Virus record (IMG/VR): IMGVR_UViG_3300037452_000118
Location: 64,814-128,813 of that record
Reading direction: 5' to 3' (one strand)
DNA from: a virus
DNA length: 64,000 bases
Shown: one piece after another, positions 1 to 6,563 of the stretch
How positions within the stretch are numbered: the first letter of the stretch is position 1
How the letters are laid out: each line of letters starts with the position of its first letter
Program-made: the position numbers and the translations under genes
The notes under the pieces: generated by a model
Databases searched by the model: none
Told to the model about the DNA's origin: nothing
What the model saw: the letters and a program-made list of their open reading frames with translations, nothing else

Positions 1-284
1 ACGCCTTTCTTGGACGCGGTGAGCAGGAATAGCGCGGCAAGCCACTTGGACAAAGGGATTTTGCTGCGCTCGAATACCGTCTTGACCGTGACCGTGAATT
101 GCTCGCGGCACTGGCTGCACTGGTAGAGGCCCGGACGGTGGGCCTTACCCTGGAGCGCCGTCACGTCATCGCCTGTAGCGCCACAGTGAGGGCATACAGG
201 ACCATTCGGCCAAACCCGTGCCTCCAGCCACTCCCTGGCCTTGGTTTCGTCGGTGAAAATGGGGTTTTGGAGGTTCGCGGTCAT
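1..284 (-). CDS. IS1595-family transposase, N-terminal part (runs off the window edge)
   Basis: Manual translation from ATG at 284: MTANLQNPIFTDETKAREWLEARVWPNGPVCPHCG...YQCSQCREQFTVTVKTVFERSKIPLSKW; Zn-ribbon, clearly homologous to 43269..44192. Confidence 0.9.
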   Translation of the reverse strand, partial: MTANLQNPIFTDETKAREWLEARVWPNGPVCPHCGATGDDVTALQGKAHRPGLYQCSQCREQFTVTVKTVFERSKIPLSKWLAALFLLTASKKG

Positions 285-351
285 AGGAAAGGCCCTTGTT
301 TATGCGCCTAACCTATATCCTGTGGTCTGCTTTGTCAAGGTTATAATCCCC
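1..351 (-). mobile_element. End of an IS1595-family element
   Basis: Terminal sequence read from 351 on the minus strand, GGGGATTATAACCTTGAC, matches the TIR of the second element (GGGAATTATACGCTTTAC) at 14/18. Confidence 0.8.
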
Positions 352-551
352 ACCTGACCGGCGAAGCGGAGATCACTCTCCATCAGGCCGATCCGACGAA
401 GGACTGCCGCATCGACATCGTTCCAGCGGACCGAAAGCGGCAAGAAGATTGGCCCCCAGTTTTTCAATGGGCTTACATCGAGAACGCCGCCGGCAAAACG
501 GTCGAGCGGCTTCATCTGCTCCCCGTCGACCTGCCGTCGAAGGCCGCATAA
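352..551 (+). pseudogene. 3' part of a small phage gene, probably interrupted by the IS
   Basis: Open frame LTGEAEITLHQADP...WAYIENAAGKTVERLHLLPVDLPSKAA* begins right at the IS end with no start codon. Confidence 0.5.
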
Positions 552-561
552 AATCCAAGTT

Positions 562-746
562 TCGGCGGATGTGCCCCGTACCGCCCGGCGATGTAGGCCG
601 GTGTCGACGCGAACGGCTCGCGAACGAAGGGGGAAGCATCTCATGGCGCTGCGGCGCGTAGGCGCCCGTCAACGAGTATGGACGGCGCTTTGGCGCTCGC
701 GATGGCGACCTCACGACGCGGGGATGGCGCCCCGCCCGTCCGCCGA
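562..746 (+). ncRNA. Candidate structured ncRNA (unassigned)
   Basis: Intergenic; TCGGCGGATG 562-571 pairs with CGTCCGCCGA 737-746; nested CCCCGT/GCGGGG, GTCG/CGAC, CCGTC/GACGG. Confidence 0.4.
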
Positions 747-763
747 TTTTTTCCTCCGCCAAA

Positions 764-988
764 TCATCGGCCGATGATGATCGTCACCGTGCCGTTGCGG
801 ATGACCTGCTCCTGTTGCGGCTGCGGGGGCGGCGCGTAACAGCACCGGCGGTACGCGTTCAGGCAATAGTCCGACGTGGCCGCCTGCGGGCGCAACGCGC
901 AGTCCCTGGCCCAGACGGCGTATTGCGCCGTCGCCGGCGATGCGGCGAGGGACGCGAGCAGCGCGGCGGCGAGGCAGATGCGGGTCAT
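764..988 (-). CDS. Small Cys-rich protein with signal peptide
   Basis: GGAG SD, MTRICLAAALLASLAASPATA-Q signal-like N-terminus. Confidence 0.6.
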   Translation of the reverse strand: MTRICLAAALLASLAASPATAQYAVWARDCALRPQAATSDYCLNAYRRCCYAPPPQPQQEQVIRNGTVTIIIGR

Positions 989-1162
989 GTTGGTCGCTCC
1001 TTGGGTCAATTTGGGAAAAACTCGTCCGCCGCAGACTGCCACACAGGCCAGGCGAATCAACGGCTTGCATTTTCGGTAGGCGACATCTTGGGAAAATCCG
1101 GGTGAATCGTCCATCCCTCCTGCCATATTGCCAACCCCTGCCCGGACGTTCACATTGCGCCG

Positions 1163-1402
1163 ATGATCGATCCCAAGAAGCTGCAGGAGGCGCTGGACTC
1201 CGCGATGGCCGACAACGTCGGCGGCGAGTTCAGGGGCCTGATCACCAACCTCATCGAGGCGCGCTCGAAGCATCCCTCCCCGGCGGCGCCGAACGAGCAG
1301 CAGTCCATCGTCGTCTTCACCAACGGCGTCCGGATGATCTGGGACGCCTACCTCAAGGCCTCCGACATCGTCGCCGGGATCGCCAAGCCCCCGGTGGCGT
1401 GA
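1163..1402 (+). CDS. Hypothetical protein
   Basis: 79-aa ORF with high-GC3 codon usage. Confidence 0.65.
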   Translation: MIDPKKLQEALDSAMADNVGGEFRGLITNLIEARSKHPSPAAPNEQQSIVVFTNGVRMIWDAYLKASDIVAGIAKPPVA

Positions 1403-1450
1403 CGCGCCGAAGGCCGGTAGGATGACCTTCCCCCAAGGAGGATTCCCCCC

Positions 1451-1758
1451 ATGAGCATCGTCGGCAAGTTCTTCTGCTTCTGCGGCGAGGAATACCTGCA
1501 CACCGGGGAGATAGTCGAGCAGCTCGACGCCGCCACGGTGCTGGTGCGGTTCACAAGTGCAAGCACGTTCCGGTCGCCAGCACGGTCGCGCTGGCGACGT
1601 CTTCGATGATCTCGAAGATGGATAAGGATGGCGACTTGAACGCCACGTGGGAGTTCTTCGACACCCGCGCCGACCTCGACGCCTGGATGACGTGGCTCGG
1701 CATGCCGGACGACGACCGCCACAAGGACGCCGGCGAAGAAGTGCCGAAGCTGAACTGA
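1451..1758 (+). pseudogene. Small phage gene with a 1-nt frameshift near 1553
   Basis: AGGAGG SD; MSIVGKFFCFCGEEY...VRF continues in another frame as KCKHVPVAST...WEFFDTRADLDAW...KLN*; span 308 nt. Confidence 0.5.
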
Positions 1759-1760
1759 CC

Positions 1761-2558
1761 ATGCGCCGGCGCAAGGGCGAGAAGGTGCTGCGGCCGGTGT
1801 TCGCCAACGCCGGCATCGCGGCGCTCTACCGCAAAAAACTTCGCGCGCTGATCGAGGAGATGCAGGCGTCGTACGCCCACTTCCTCAAGGCGCAGTACCG
1901 CCGAACGCCCCCGATCATGGCGCAGGACGACTCGCCGGCGAAGGAGCTGGAGCGCGAGCTGCGACGGCTCGGCGTCCAATGGCGGAAGAATTTCGACGCC
2001 GCAGCCCCGGCGCTGGCGGCATGGTTCGCGAAAGCGGCCTGGAAGCGCTCCGACGCCGCGCTACGGAAGATTCTGAAAGACGCCGGAATTTCCGTGGAAT
2101 TTCAGATGACCCGCGCGATGCGCGACATCCTCAACGCGACCGTCGCACAAAATGTCTCCCTGATAAAATCCATCGGCAGCGAGTACCATACCGAGGTCGA
2201 GGGGCTTGTGATGCGTTCAGTAACAGCCGGCCGCGACCTCGGATTCCTGGCTAAAGAACTCCAGCACCGCTTTGGCGTTACGCAGCGCCGAGCGGCGTTT
2301 ATCAGCCTTGACCAGAACAACAAGGCGACCTCTGCGCTGATGGCCGCGCGGCAGACGAGCCTCGGCATCGAAGAGGGGACATGGCTTCACTCTGGGGCCC
2401 GCAAACACCCTCGACCCAGCCATGTACGCAACAACGGGAAACGATTTAGTATCCGTGATGGCTGGCCCGATCCAGCGCTGAAAGGCAAGCGGATATGGCC
2501 CGGAACGGAGCCAAACTGCCGCTGTACCTGGAAACCCGTCGTCTTCGGATTTAGCTAA
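1761..2558 (+). CDS. Phage Mu gpF-like head morphogenesis protein (MuF)
   Basis: RRAAFISLDQNNK, WLHSG..HPRPSH, PGTEPNCRC motifs. Confidence 0.9.
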   Translation: MRRRKGEKVLRPVFANAGIAALYRKKLRALIEEMQASYAHFLKAQYRRTPPIMAQDDSPAKELERELRRLGVQWRKNFDAAAPALAAWFAKAAWKRSDAALRKILKDAGISVEFQMTRAMRDILNATVAQNVSLIKSIGSEYHTEVEGLVMRSVTAGRDLGFLAKELQHRFGVTQRRAAFISLDQNNKATSALMAARQTSLGIEEGTWLHSGARKHPRPSHVRNNGKRFSIRDGWPDPALKGKRIWPGTEPNCRCTWKPVVFGFS

Positions 2559-2626
2559 GTAGGGAAATAGGGGGGGGTTGTTTTTCGAGTTTGGGCATGG
2601 CATATCCCCCAGACAACGAGGAAATC

Positions 2627-2758
2627 ATGCTTTCGATACGCTCATATATCGCGCCAACAGCCGCCGCCCGACCGAGCAATCGGTTCAGGACGTGGGCGTT
2701 GTCGCGCGTGTGTGATTTCCAGACGAAGCCCGAACAAGGGCTAGAGACCAAGGACTAA
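2627..2758 (+). CDS. Putative 43-aa leader peptide upstream of the tRNA array
   Basis: GAGGA SD, ATG 2627, TAA 2756-2758 (MLSIRSYIAPTAAARPSNRFRTWALSRVCDFQTKPEQGLETKD). Confidence 0.35.
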   Translation: MLSIRSYIAPTAAARPSNRFRTWALSRVCDFQTKPEQGLETKD

Positions 2759-2974
2759 ACGGCAGGGGCCAATCTCCCTCTGCCGAGACAGGCAGAGAGG
2801 ATCGAGACGGCCCGCAAAGTCCAAGTTAGAAACACCTCCCAAGCGAGCCGATACCTTCCGAACTGCCTGACGACCTCGCAAGAGCGTCGTGATGTTGCTC
2901 ATCGTGAACGTCCAGAATTTTGGACGGGTGTTGTGCGACCGCCTCCTAACGGATGCTCAGCGGAACGCCCGTCC
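2688..2974 (+). ncRNA. Candidate multi-stem structured RNA or leader of the tRNA array
   Basis: Closing helix GGACGTGGGCGTT/AACGCCCGTCC, nested GTCGCGC/GTGCGAC and AACACC/GGTGTT, four hairpins including a GCAA tetraloop. Confidence 0.6.
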
Positions 2975-2987
2975 GTTTGTCAATTTT

Positions 2988-3062
2988 GCTGGCATAGCTC
3001 AGATGTAGAGCAGCTCCCCTGTAAGGAGACGCGCGGAGACTCAAGCCCTCCTGTCAGCACCA
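2988..3062 (+). tRNA. tRNA-Thr(UGU)
   Basis: Cloverleaf, anticodon loop cc-TGT-aa, encoded CCA, atypical T-loop. Confidence 0.8.
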
Positions 3063-3065
3063 TTC

Positions 3066-3140
3066 GGCCCCTGAAGCATTGTGACGATGCAGCCGCCCCG
3101 TAAGCGGCAGAGCCGTGTTTGATTCACGGCTGGGGCTCCA
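3066..3140 (+). tRNA. tRNA-Thr(CGU)
   Basis: gccgc-cc-CGT-aa-gcggc, CCA. Confidence 0.8.
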
Positions 3141-3141
3141 T

Positions 3142-3217
3142 GCTCTCTTAGCTCATTTGGTAGAGCACCGAGTTGGTATCTCGGAGGCGGGTGGATCGAA
3201 GCCACCAGGGAGCACCA
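3142..3217 (+). tRNA. tRNA-Thr(GGU)
   Basis: ccgag-tt-GGT-at-ctcgg, CCA. Confidence 0.9.
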
Positions 3218-3222
3218 TTTTC

Positions 3223-3299
3223 GGCCTCGTAGTCCAACTGGCAGAGACGACGCCCTCAGAAGGCGTGCGTTGGGAGTTCGAATCTCCCCGAGGCTACCA
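3223..3299 (+). tRNA. tRNA-Leu(CAG), short variable region
   Basis: acgcc-ct-CAG-aa-ggcgt, TTCGAAT, CCA. Confidence 0.9.
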
Positions 3300-3303
3300 A
3301 TTC

Positions 3304-3380
3304 GCTCGCGTATGCAAATCGGTAAAGCAGCGAAGCTCAAACCTTCGTGTTTGGAGATTCGAGTTCTCCCGCGAGCACCA
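3304..3380 (+). tRNA. tRNA-Leu(CAA), short variable region
   Basis: cgaag-ct-CAA-ac-cttcg, CCA. Confidence 0.85.
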
Positions 3381-3381
3381 T

Positions 3382-3458
3382 GCCGCAGTAGCCCAATTGG
3401 CAGAGGCATCCGGCTTAAACCCGGTTCAGTGCGGGATCGTGGCCCGCTTGCGGCACCA
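3382..3458 (+). tRNA. tRNA-Leu(UAA), short variable region
   Basis: ccgg-ct-TAA-ac-ccgg, CCA. Confidence 0.85.
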
Positions 3459-3464
3459 TTTCAC

Positions 3465-3536
3465 GGGCGCTTAGCTCAGAGGAAGAGCGTCGCGTTTACA
3501 CCGCGAAGGTCGAGATATCATAATTCTCAGCGCCTA
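3465..3536 (+). tRNA. tRNA-Val(UAC)
   Basis: tcgcg-tt-TAC-ac-cgcga; no full CCA. Confidence 0.8.
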
Positions 3537-3537
3537 C

Positions 3538-3612
3538 GGGCTGTTAGTTCAGCGGCAGAATGCTTGCTCGACACGCAAGAGGTCCGGTGTTCGATTCACC
3601 GACAGCCCACCA
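3538..3612 (+). tRNA. tRNA-Val(GAC)
   Basis: cttgc-tc-GAC-ac-gcaag, CCA. Confidence 0.9.
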
Positions 3613-3616
3613 TCAT

Positions 3617-3690
3617 GGTCCTGTATCTCAGTGGCAGAGAACGCGGCCGATAACCGTGAGACGCGGGTTCGATTCCCGACGGGACTACCA
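3617..3690 (+). tRNA. tRNA-Ile(GAU)
   Basis: cgcgg-cc-GAT-aa-ccgtg, CCA. Confidence 0.9.
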
Positions 3691-3737
3691 ACGAAAGGAA
3701 CTAGGAAAATGCTCTATCCGCTCAAACGCGGGTCTGC

Positions 3738-3812
3738 GGACCCGTGGTGTAATAGGTAGCACACGAGACTTTTAATCTTGGAGCCAGAGTTCAAATCTCT
3801 GCGGGTCTACCA
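3738..3812 (+). tRNA. tRNA-Lys(UUU)
   Basis: cgaga-ct-TTT-aa-tcttg, CCA. Confidence 0.9.
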
Positions 3813-3818
3813 AATAAC

Positions 3819-3894
3819 GGACGACTAGCTCAATTGGCAGAGCATCCGCCTCTTAAGCGGCAGGTTCGGGGATCGTGGCCCCGGTCGTCCTCCA
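3819..3894 (+). tRNA. tRNA-Lys(CUU)
   Basis: ccgc-ct-CTT-aa-gcgg, CCA. Confidence 0.85.
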
Positions 3895-3895
3895 T

Positions 3896-3971
3896 GTGCC
3901 AGTACCCCAACGGTAGAGGGATCGCCCTGAGAAGGCGTTCAGTGGGCGTTCGAATCGCCCTTGGCACACCA
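3896..3971 (+). tRNA. tRNA-Leu(GAG), short variable region
   Basis: cgcc-ct-GAG-aa-ggcg, TTCGAAT, CCA. Confidence 0.85.
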
Positions 3972-3972
3972 T

Positions 3973-4046
3973 GCGGCTATAGCTCAAAGGCAGAGCGTTC
4001 GGTTGTCAACCGAGGGACCGGGGATCAATACCCCGTAGCCGCGCCA
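3973..4046 (+). tRNA. tRNA-Asp(GUC)
   Basis: ttcgg-tt-GTC-aa-ccgag, G73 CCA. Confidence 0.85.
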
Positions 4047-4052
4047 ATTCAA

Positions 4053-4129
4053 CAGGGTGTAGCTCAGTCTGGTAGAGCACTTGCTTCGGAAGCAAGGGGC
4101 CGCAGGATCGAAGCCTGCCACCCTGACCA
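4053..4129 (+). tRNA. tRNA-Pro(CGG)
   Basis: cttgc-tt-CGG-aa-gcaag, C1-G72, CCA. Confidence 0.9.
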
Positions 4130-4133
4130 ATTC

Positions 4134-4208
4134 GGCCGTCTAGCTTAACGGCAGAGCCCGCGCCTCATAAGCGCAGTGATGCGAGTTCGACTCTCGCGGC
4201 GGCTACCA
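4134..4208 (+). tRNA. tRNA with CAU anticodon (Met or Ile2)
   Basis: gcgc-ct-CAT-aa-gcgc, CCA. Confidence 0.85.
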
Positions 4209-4218
4209 GGAGGCGGCC

Positions 4219-4545
4219 ATGCGCTGCATCGTCAAATACGAGCATCCGAAAAGATTGCTCCGCGTCTACGTGCACGGCGCGCCTCATCGGCGCGTCCATC
4301 GCGAAGTGCTCAAACGCTACCGCGAGGAATTGTGGAAGGCGGCGCAGGCTGCGGGCATCACGGCGGCGATGACCCATCAAATAACTTTGTCGGCGACGTT
4401 CATCGACCCGACGGGACCGGACTTGGACAACCTCATCACGGCGCTGTTTCAGGCGCTGGACGGCAAATGCGGGAAAGGTCCGACGATCTTGAAAGACGAC
4501 AAACAGATCGTCTACATCGAAAAAACTGGGATCATCTTCCCTTAG
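4219..4545 (+). CDS. RusA-like nuclease inside the tRNA array
   Basis: AGGAGG SD; PDLDNLITALFQALDG...ILKDDKQIVYI resembles the RusA DxDN...DD motif. Confidence 0.7.
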   Translation: MRCIVKYEHPKRLLRVYVHGAPHRRVHREVLKRYREELWKAAQAAGITAAMTHQITLSATFIDPTGPDLDNLITALFQALDGKCGKGPTILKDDKQIVYIEKTGIIFP

Positions 4546-4612
4546 CTCATTTGGACAGAGCACCCGGTTCCGAACCGGGAGGTACGGTGTTCGAATCACC
4601 GAGGGAAGGCCA
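4536..4612 (+). tRNA. tRNA-Arg(CCG)
   Basis: cccgg-tt-CCG-aa-ccggg, CCA; overlaps the stop of the upstream ORF. Confidence 0.9.
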
Positions 4613-4616
4613 ACAT

Positions 4617-4701
4617 GGATGGTTTGCCGGCGGCCCGGCGGCGAGTTTTGAAAACTCGTAGCACCGAAAGGTGTGGCGATCGACACGTCAACCATCCGCC
4701 A
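4617..4701 (+). tRNA. tRNA-Ser(UGA)
   Basis: Loop tt-TGA-aa, long variable arm cacc-gaaa-ggtg, G73 CCA. Confidence 0.75.
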
Positions 4702-4705
4702 ATAC

Positions 4706-4791
4706 GGAAGGCTAACCGAACAGGGTTCGGCGTCGCCTGGAAAGCGCACGGCTCGGCAACGAGTGGAGATCGTGTCTTCAGCCTTCCGCCA
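4706..4791 (+). tRNA. tRNA-Ser(GGA)
   Basis: Loop ct-GGA-aa, long variable arm, GCCA. Confidence 0.75.
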
Positions 4792-4795
4792 TTAC

Positions 4796-4885
4796 GGAAA
4801 GTCAACGCGGCGAGTGCCGCGCGCCCGTTCGAAGCGGGATGGAACGCGCATAGCGTTTGGGGATCAAGACCTCGGCTTTCCGCCA
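4796..4885 (+). tRNA. tRNA-Ser(CGA)
   Basis: cccg-tt-CGA-ag-cggg, long variable arm, GCCA. Confidence 0.75.
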
Positions 4886-4889
4886 TTGA

Positions 4890-4963
4890 CGCGCGATGGA
4901 GGAGGAGTTCCTTGCTAGGCTCATAACCTGGAGACGTCGGTGCAAGTCCGGCTCGCGCAACCA
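4890..4963 (+). tRNA. Initiator-type tRNA-fMet(CAU)
   Basis: C1:A72 mismatch, ct-CAT-aa loop, ACCA. Confidence 0.8.
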
Positions 4964-4968
4964 ACTAA

Positions 4969-5055
4969 GGGCAAGTATGCAAGAGGCCAAAGCAGCGGCG
5001 CTGTAAACGCCGTCCCGAAAGGGTTCGCAGGTTCGAATCCGTGCCTTGCCCACCA
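4969..5055 (+). tRNA. tRNA-Tyr(GUA)
   Basis: cggcg-ct-GTA-aa-cgccg, variable arm ccc-gaaa-ggg, CCA. Confidence 0.9.
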
Positions 5056-5056
5056 T

Positions 5057-5130
5057 GCGGACAAAGGATTACGGCAGTCTCCCTCGTTGCCAACGAGGTG
5101 GCGGGAGTTCGACTCTCCCTGTCCGTACCA
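5057..5130 (+). tRNA. tRNA-Gly(GCC)
   Basis: cctcg-tt-GCC-aa-cgagg, CCA. Confidence 0.85.
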
Positions 5131-5132
5131 AC

Positions 5133-5208
5133 GCCCACTAAGCTAATCTGGTGAAAGCGTCTGCCTGAAGAGCAGAAGAGCGTGGCTCGAAACCACGAGT
5201 GGGCACCA
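5133..5208 (+). tRNA. tRNA-Phe(GAA)
   Basis: tctgc-ct-GAA-ga-gcaga, CCA. Confidence 0.9.
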
Positions 5209-5212
5209 ATCT

Positions 5213-5284
5213 GGGCCGGGCGTCGGGACGCAGTGATGCCTTGCAAGCAACGCGTTGGGAGTTCAACTCTCCCTCGGTCCACCA
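5213..5284 (+). tRNA. tRNA-Ala(UGC)
   Basis: Loop ct-TGC-aa, G3:U70 pair, reduced D-arm, CCA. Confidence 0.75.
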
Positions 5285-5291
5285 ATTTTAT

Positions 5292-5365
5292 TCCCCTCTC
5301 GTTCAACGGTAGGACACCTGACTGTTAATCAGAGAATTGTGGTTCGATTCCACGGAGGGGAGCCA
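5292..5365 (+). tRNA. tRNA-Asn(GUU)
   Basis: ctga-ct-GTT-aa-tcag, GCCA. Confidence 0.92.
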
Positions 5366-5368
5366 ATT

Positions 5369-5443
5369 GCCGCCATCGTCTAGTGGCTAGGATATTTGGT
5401 TCTCAACCAAATGAAGCGGGGTCGGAACCCGCTGGCGGCTCCA
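5369..5443 (+). tRNA. tRNA-Glu(CUC)
   Basis: tttgg-tt-CTC-aa-ccaaa, CCA. Confidence 0.85.
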
Positions 5444-5449
5444 TTTTAC

Positions 5450-5526
5450 GGTGGGCGTAGCTCAATCGGTAGAGCACCAGATTGTGAATCTGGTGGCCAC
5501 GGGTTCGATCCCCGTCGCTCACCCCA
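5450..5526 (+). tRNA. tRNA-His(GUG)
   Basis: G-1, ccaga-tt-GTG-aa-tctgg, C73 CCA. Confidence 0.92.
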
Positions 5527-5527
5527 A

Positions 5528-5604
5528 GGTCCCATAGCTCAACTGGACAGAGTGCCAGATTACGAATCTGGGAGATCGGGGTTCGAATCCTCGTGGGATC
5601 GCCA
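5528..5604 (+). tRNA. tRNA-Arg(ACG)
   Basis: ccaga-tt-ACG-aa-tctgg, CCA. Confidence 0.92.
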
Positions 5605-5609
5605 TTTAA

Positions 5610-5686
5610 CAGGGAGTGGGAAAGTCTGGTAATCCGCTTGCCTTGGAAGCAAGAGATCGCGGGATCGAAGCCCGCCTCCCTGACCA
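5610..5686 (+). tRNA. tRNA-Pro(UGG)
   Basis: cttgc-ct-TGG-aa-gcaag, CCA. Confidence 0.88.
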
Positions 5687-5689
5687 ATT

Positions 5690-5763
5690 GCCCCTTTCGC
5701 TCAATGGTAGGGCGCTGCGCTCTGAACGCAGATACGGTGGTTCGATTCCATCAAGGGGTGCCA
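5690..5763 (+). tRNA. tRNA-Gln(CUG)
   Basis: ctgcg-ct-CTG-aa-cgcag, GCCA. Confidence 0.9.
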
Positions 5764-5767
5764 TGAT

Positions 5768-5842
5768 GTTGCAGTGCCGAGAGTGGCTATCGGCCGGTCT
5801 GCAAAACCGAGAACGCGAGTTCGATCCTCGCCTGCAACTCCA
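5768..5842 (+). tRNA. tRNA-Cys(GCA)
   Basis: cggt-ct-GCA-aa-accg, U73 CCA. Confidence 0.88.
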
Positions 5843-5846
5843 TCTT

Positions 5847-5922
5847 GCGCTCGTAGCTCAGTGGACAGAGCGGCCGGTTTCTACCCGGTTGGTCCGGGGT
5901 TCGAATCCTCGCGAGCGCGCCA
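5847..5922 (+). tRNA. tRNA-Arg(UCU)
   Basis: gccgg-tt-TCT-ac-ccggt, CCA. Confidence 0.92.
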
Positions 5923-5923
5923 C

Positions 5924-6000
5924 GGTCACGTAGCTCAATTGGACAGAGCCGCAGTTTCCTAAACTGCCGTGTGGGGGTTCGAGTCCTCCCGTGATCGCCA
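5924..6000 (+). tRNA. tRNA-Arg(CCU)
   Basis: gcagt-tt-CCT-aa-actgc, CCA. Confidence 0.92.
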
Positions 6001-6005
6001 TTTTT

Positions 6006-6089
6006 GGAGAGTTAATTCGGCAGGGACCGAACGCGGTTTGCTAAACCGTTGGTGCCGCAAGGCATGGGAATCGTGCTCTCAACTCTCCG
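6006..6089 (+). tRNA. tRNA-Ser(GCU)
   Basis: gcggt-tt-GCT-aa-accgt, variable arm tgcc-gcaa-ggca; no full CCA. Confidence 0.78.
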
Positions 6090-6090
6090 C

Positions 6091-6164
6091 GCGGGTATGG
6101 TATATAGGCTGTGCCCAAGGCTTCCAACCTTGTGAACGGAGTTCGAGTCTCCGTGCCCGCACCA
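6091..6164 (+). tRNA. tRNA-Gly(UCC)
   Basis: caagg-ct-TCC-aa-ccttg, CCA. Confidence 0.88.
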
Positions 6165-6170
6165 AATAAC

Positions 6171-6245
6171 GGCCCCTTAGTTTACTGGCTAGAATCTCCG
6201 GCCTTCACCCGGAAGGAAGCGGATCGAAACCGCTAGGGGCTGCCA
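6171..6245 (+). tRNA. tRNA-Glu(UUC)
   Basis: tccgg-cc-TTC-ac-ccgga, GCCA. Confidence 0.85.
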
Positions 6246-6249
6246 AAAT

Positions 6250-6323
6250 AGCCGGTTCGTTCAACGGTAGGACGTGGGACTTTGAATCCCACTATGAGGG
6301 TTCGATTCCTTCACCGGCTGCCA
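6250..6323 (+). tRNA. tRNA-Gln(UUG)
   Basis: tggga-ct-TTG-aa-tccca, GCCA. Confidence 0.92.
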
Positions 6324-6324
6324 T

Positions 6325-6398
6325 GGCGGCAGAGCGCTGGGTCTCAGCGGTTCCTCATAAGGACCGTGTGCGCGGATCGTCACCGCGGGCCGCTACCA
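6325..6398 (+). tRNA. Third CAU-anticodon tRNA (Met or Ile2), atypical arms
   Basis: ggttc-ct-CAT-aa-ggacc, CCA. Confidence 0.7.
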
Positions 6399-6401
6399 AA
6401 T

Positions 6402-6476
6402 ACGGGTGTAAGATAACGGTAGTCGGCAGGTCTCCAAAACCTTGCAGTCCGGGTTCAAATCCTGGCACCCGTGCCA
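6402..6476 (+). tRNA. tRNA-Trp(CCA)
   Basis: aggt-ct-CCA-aa-acct, GTTCAAAT, GCCA. Confidence 0.88.
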
Positions 6477-6563
6477 TTCCTTTCTGGACGTTTACTGCCT
6501 GCTTCATTTCTGGCGATAGGCTGGTGACGGGAATCGCGGGGCGTGCTAAACGCCTTCCCGGCC

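Noticed and set aside
2688-2974. RNase P RNA, tmRNA or retron msr-msd identity
   Set aside because: No GAGGAAAGUCC/CGGCUUA P4 pair, no tRNA-like CCA end, and no reverse transcriptase in the window
4617-4701. Suppressor or selenocysteine tRNA
   Set aside because: The anticodon is UGA (reads Ser UCA); no CUA or UCA anticodon, and no UUA ochre anticodon, was found in the array
3041-6169. Many ORF-track entries over the tRNA array
   Set aside because: They overlap clear tRNA cloverleaves; only 4219-4545 has an SD and protein-like features
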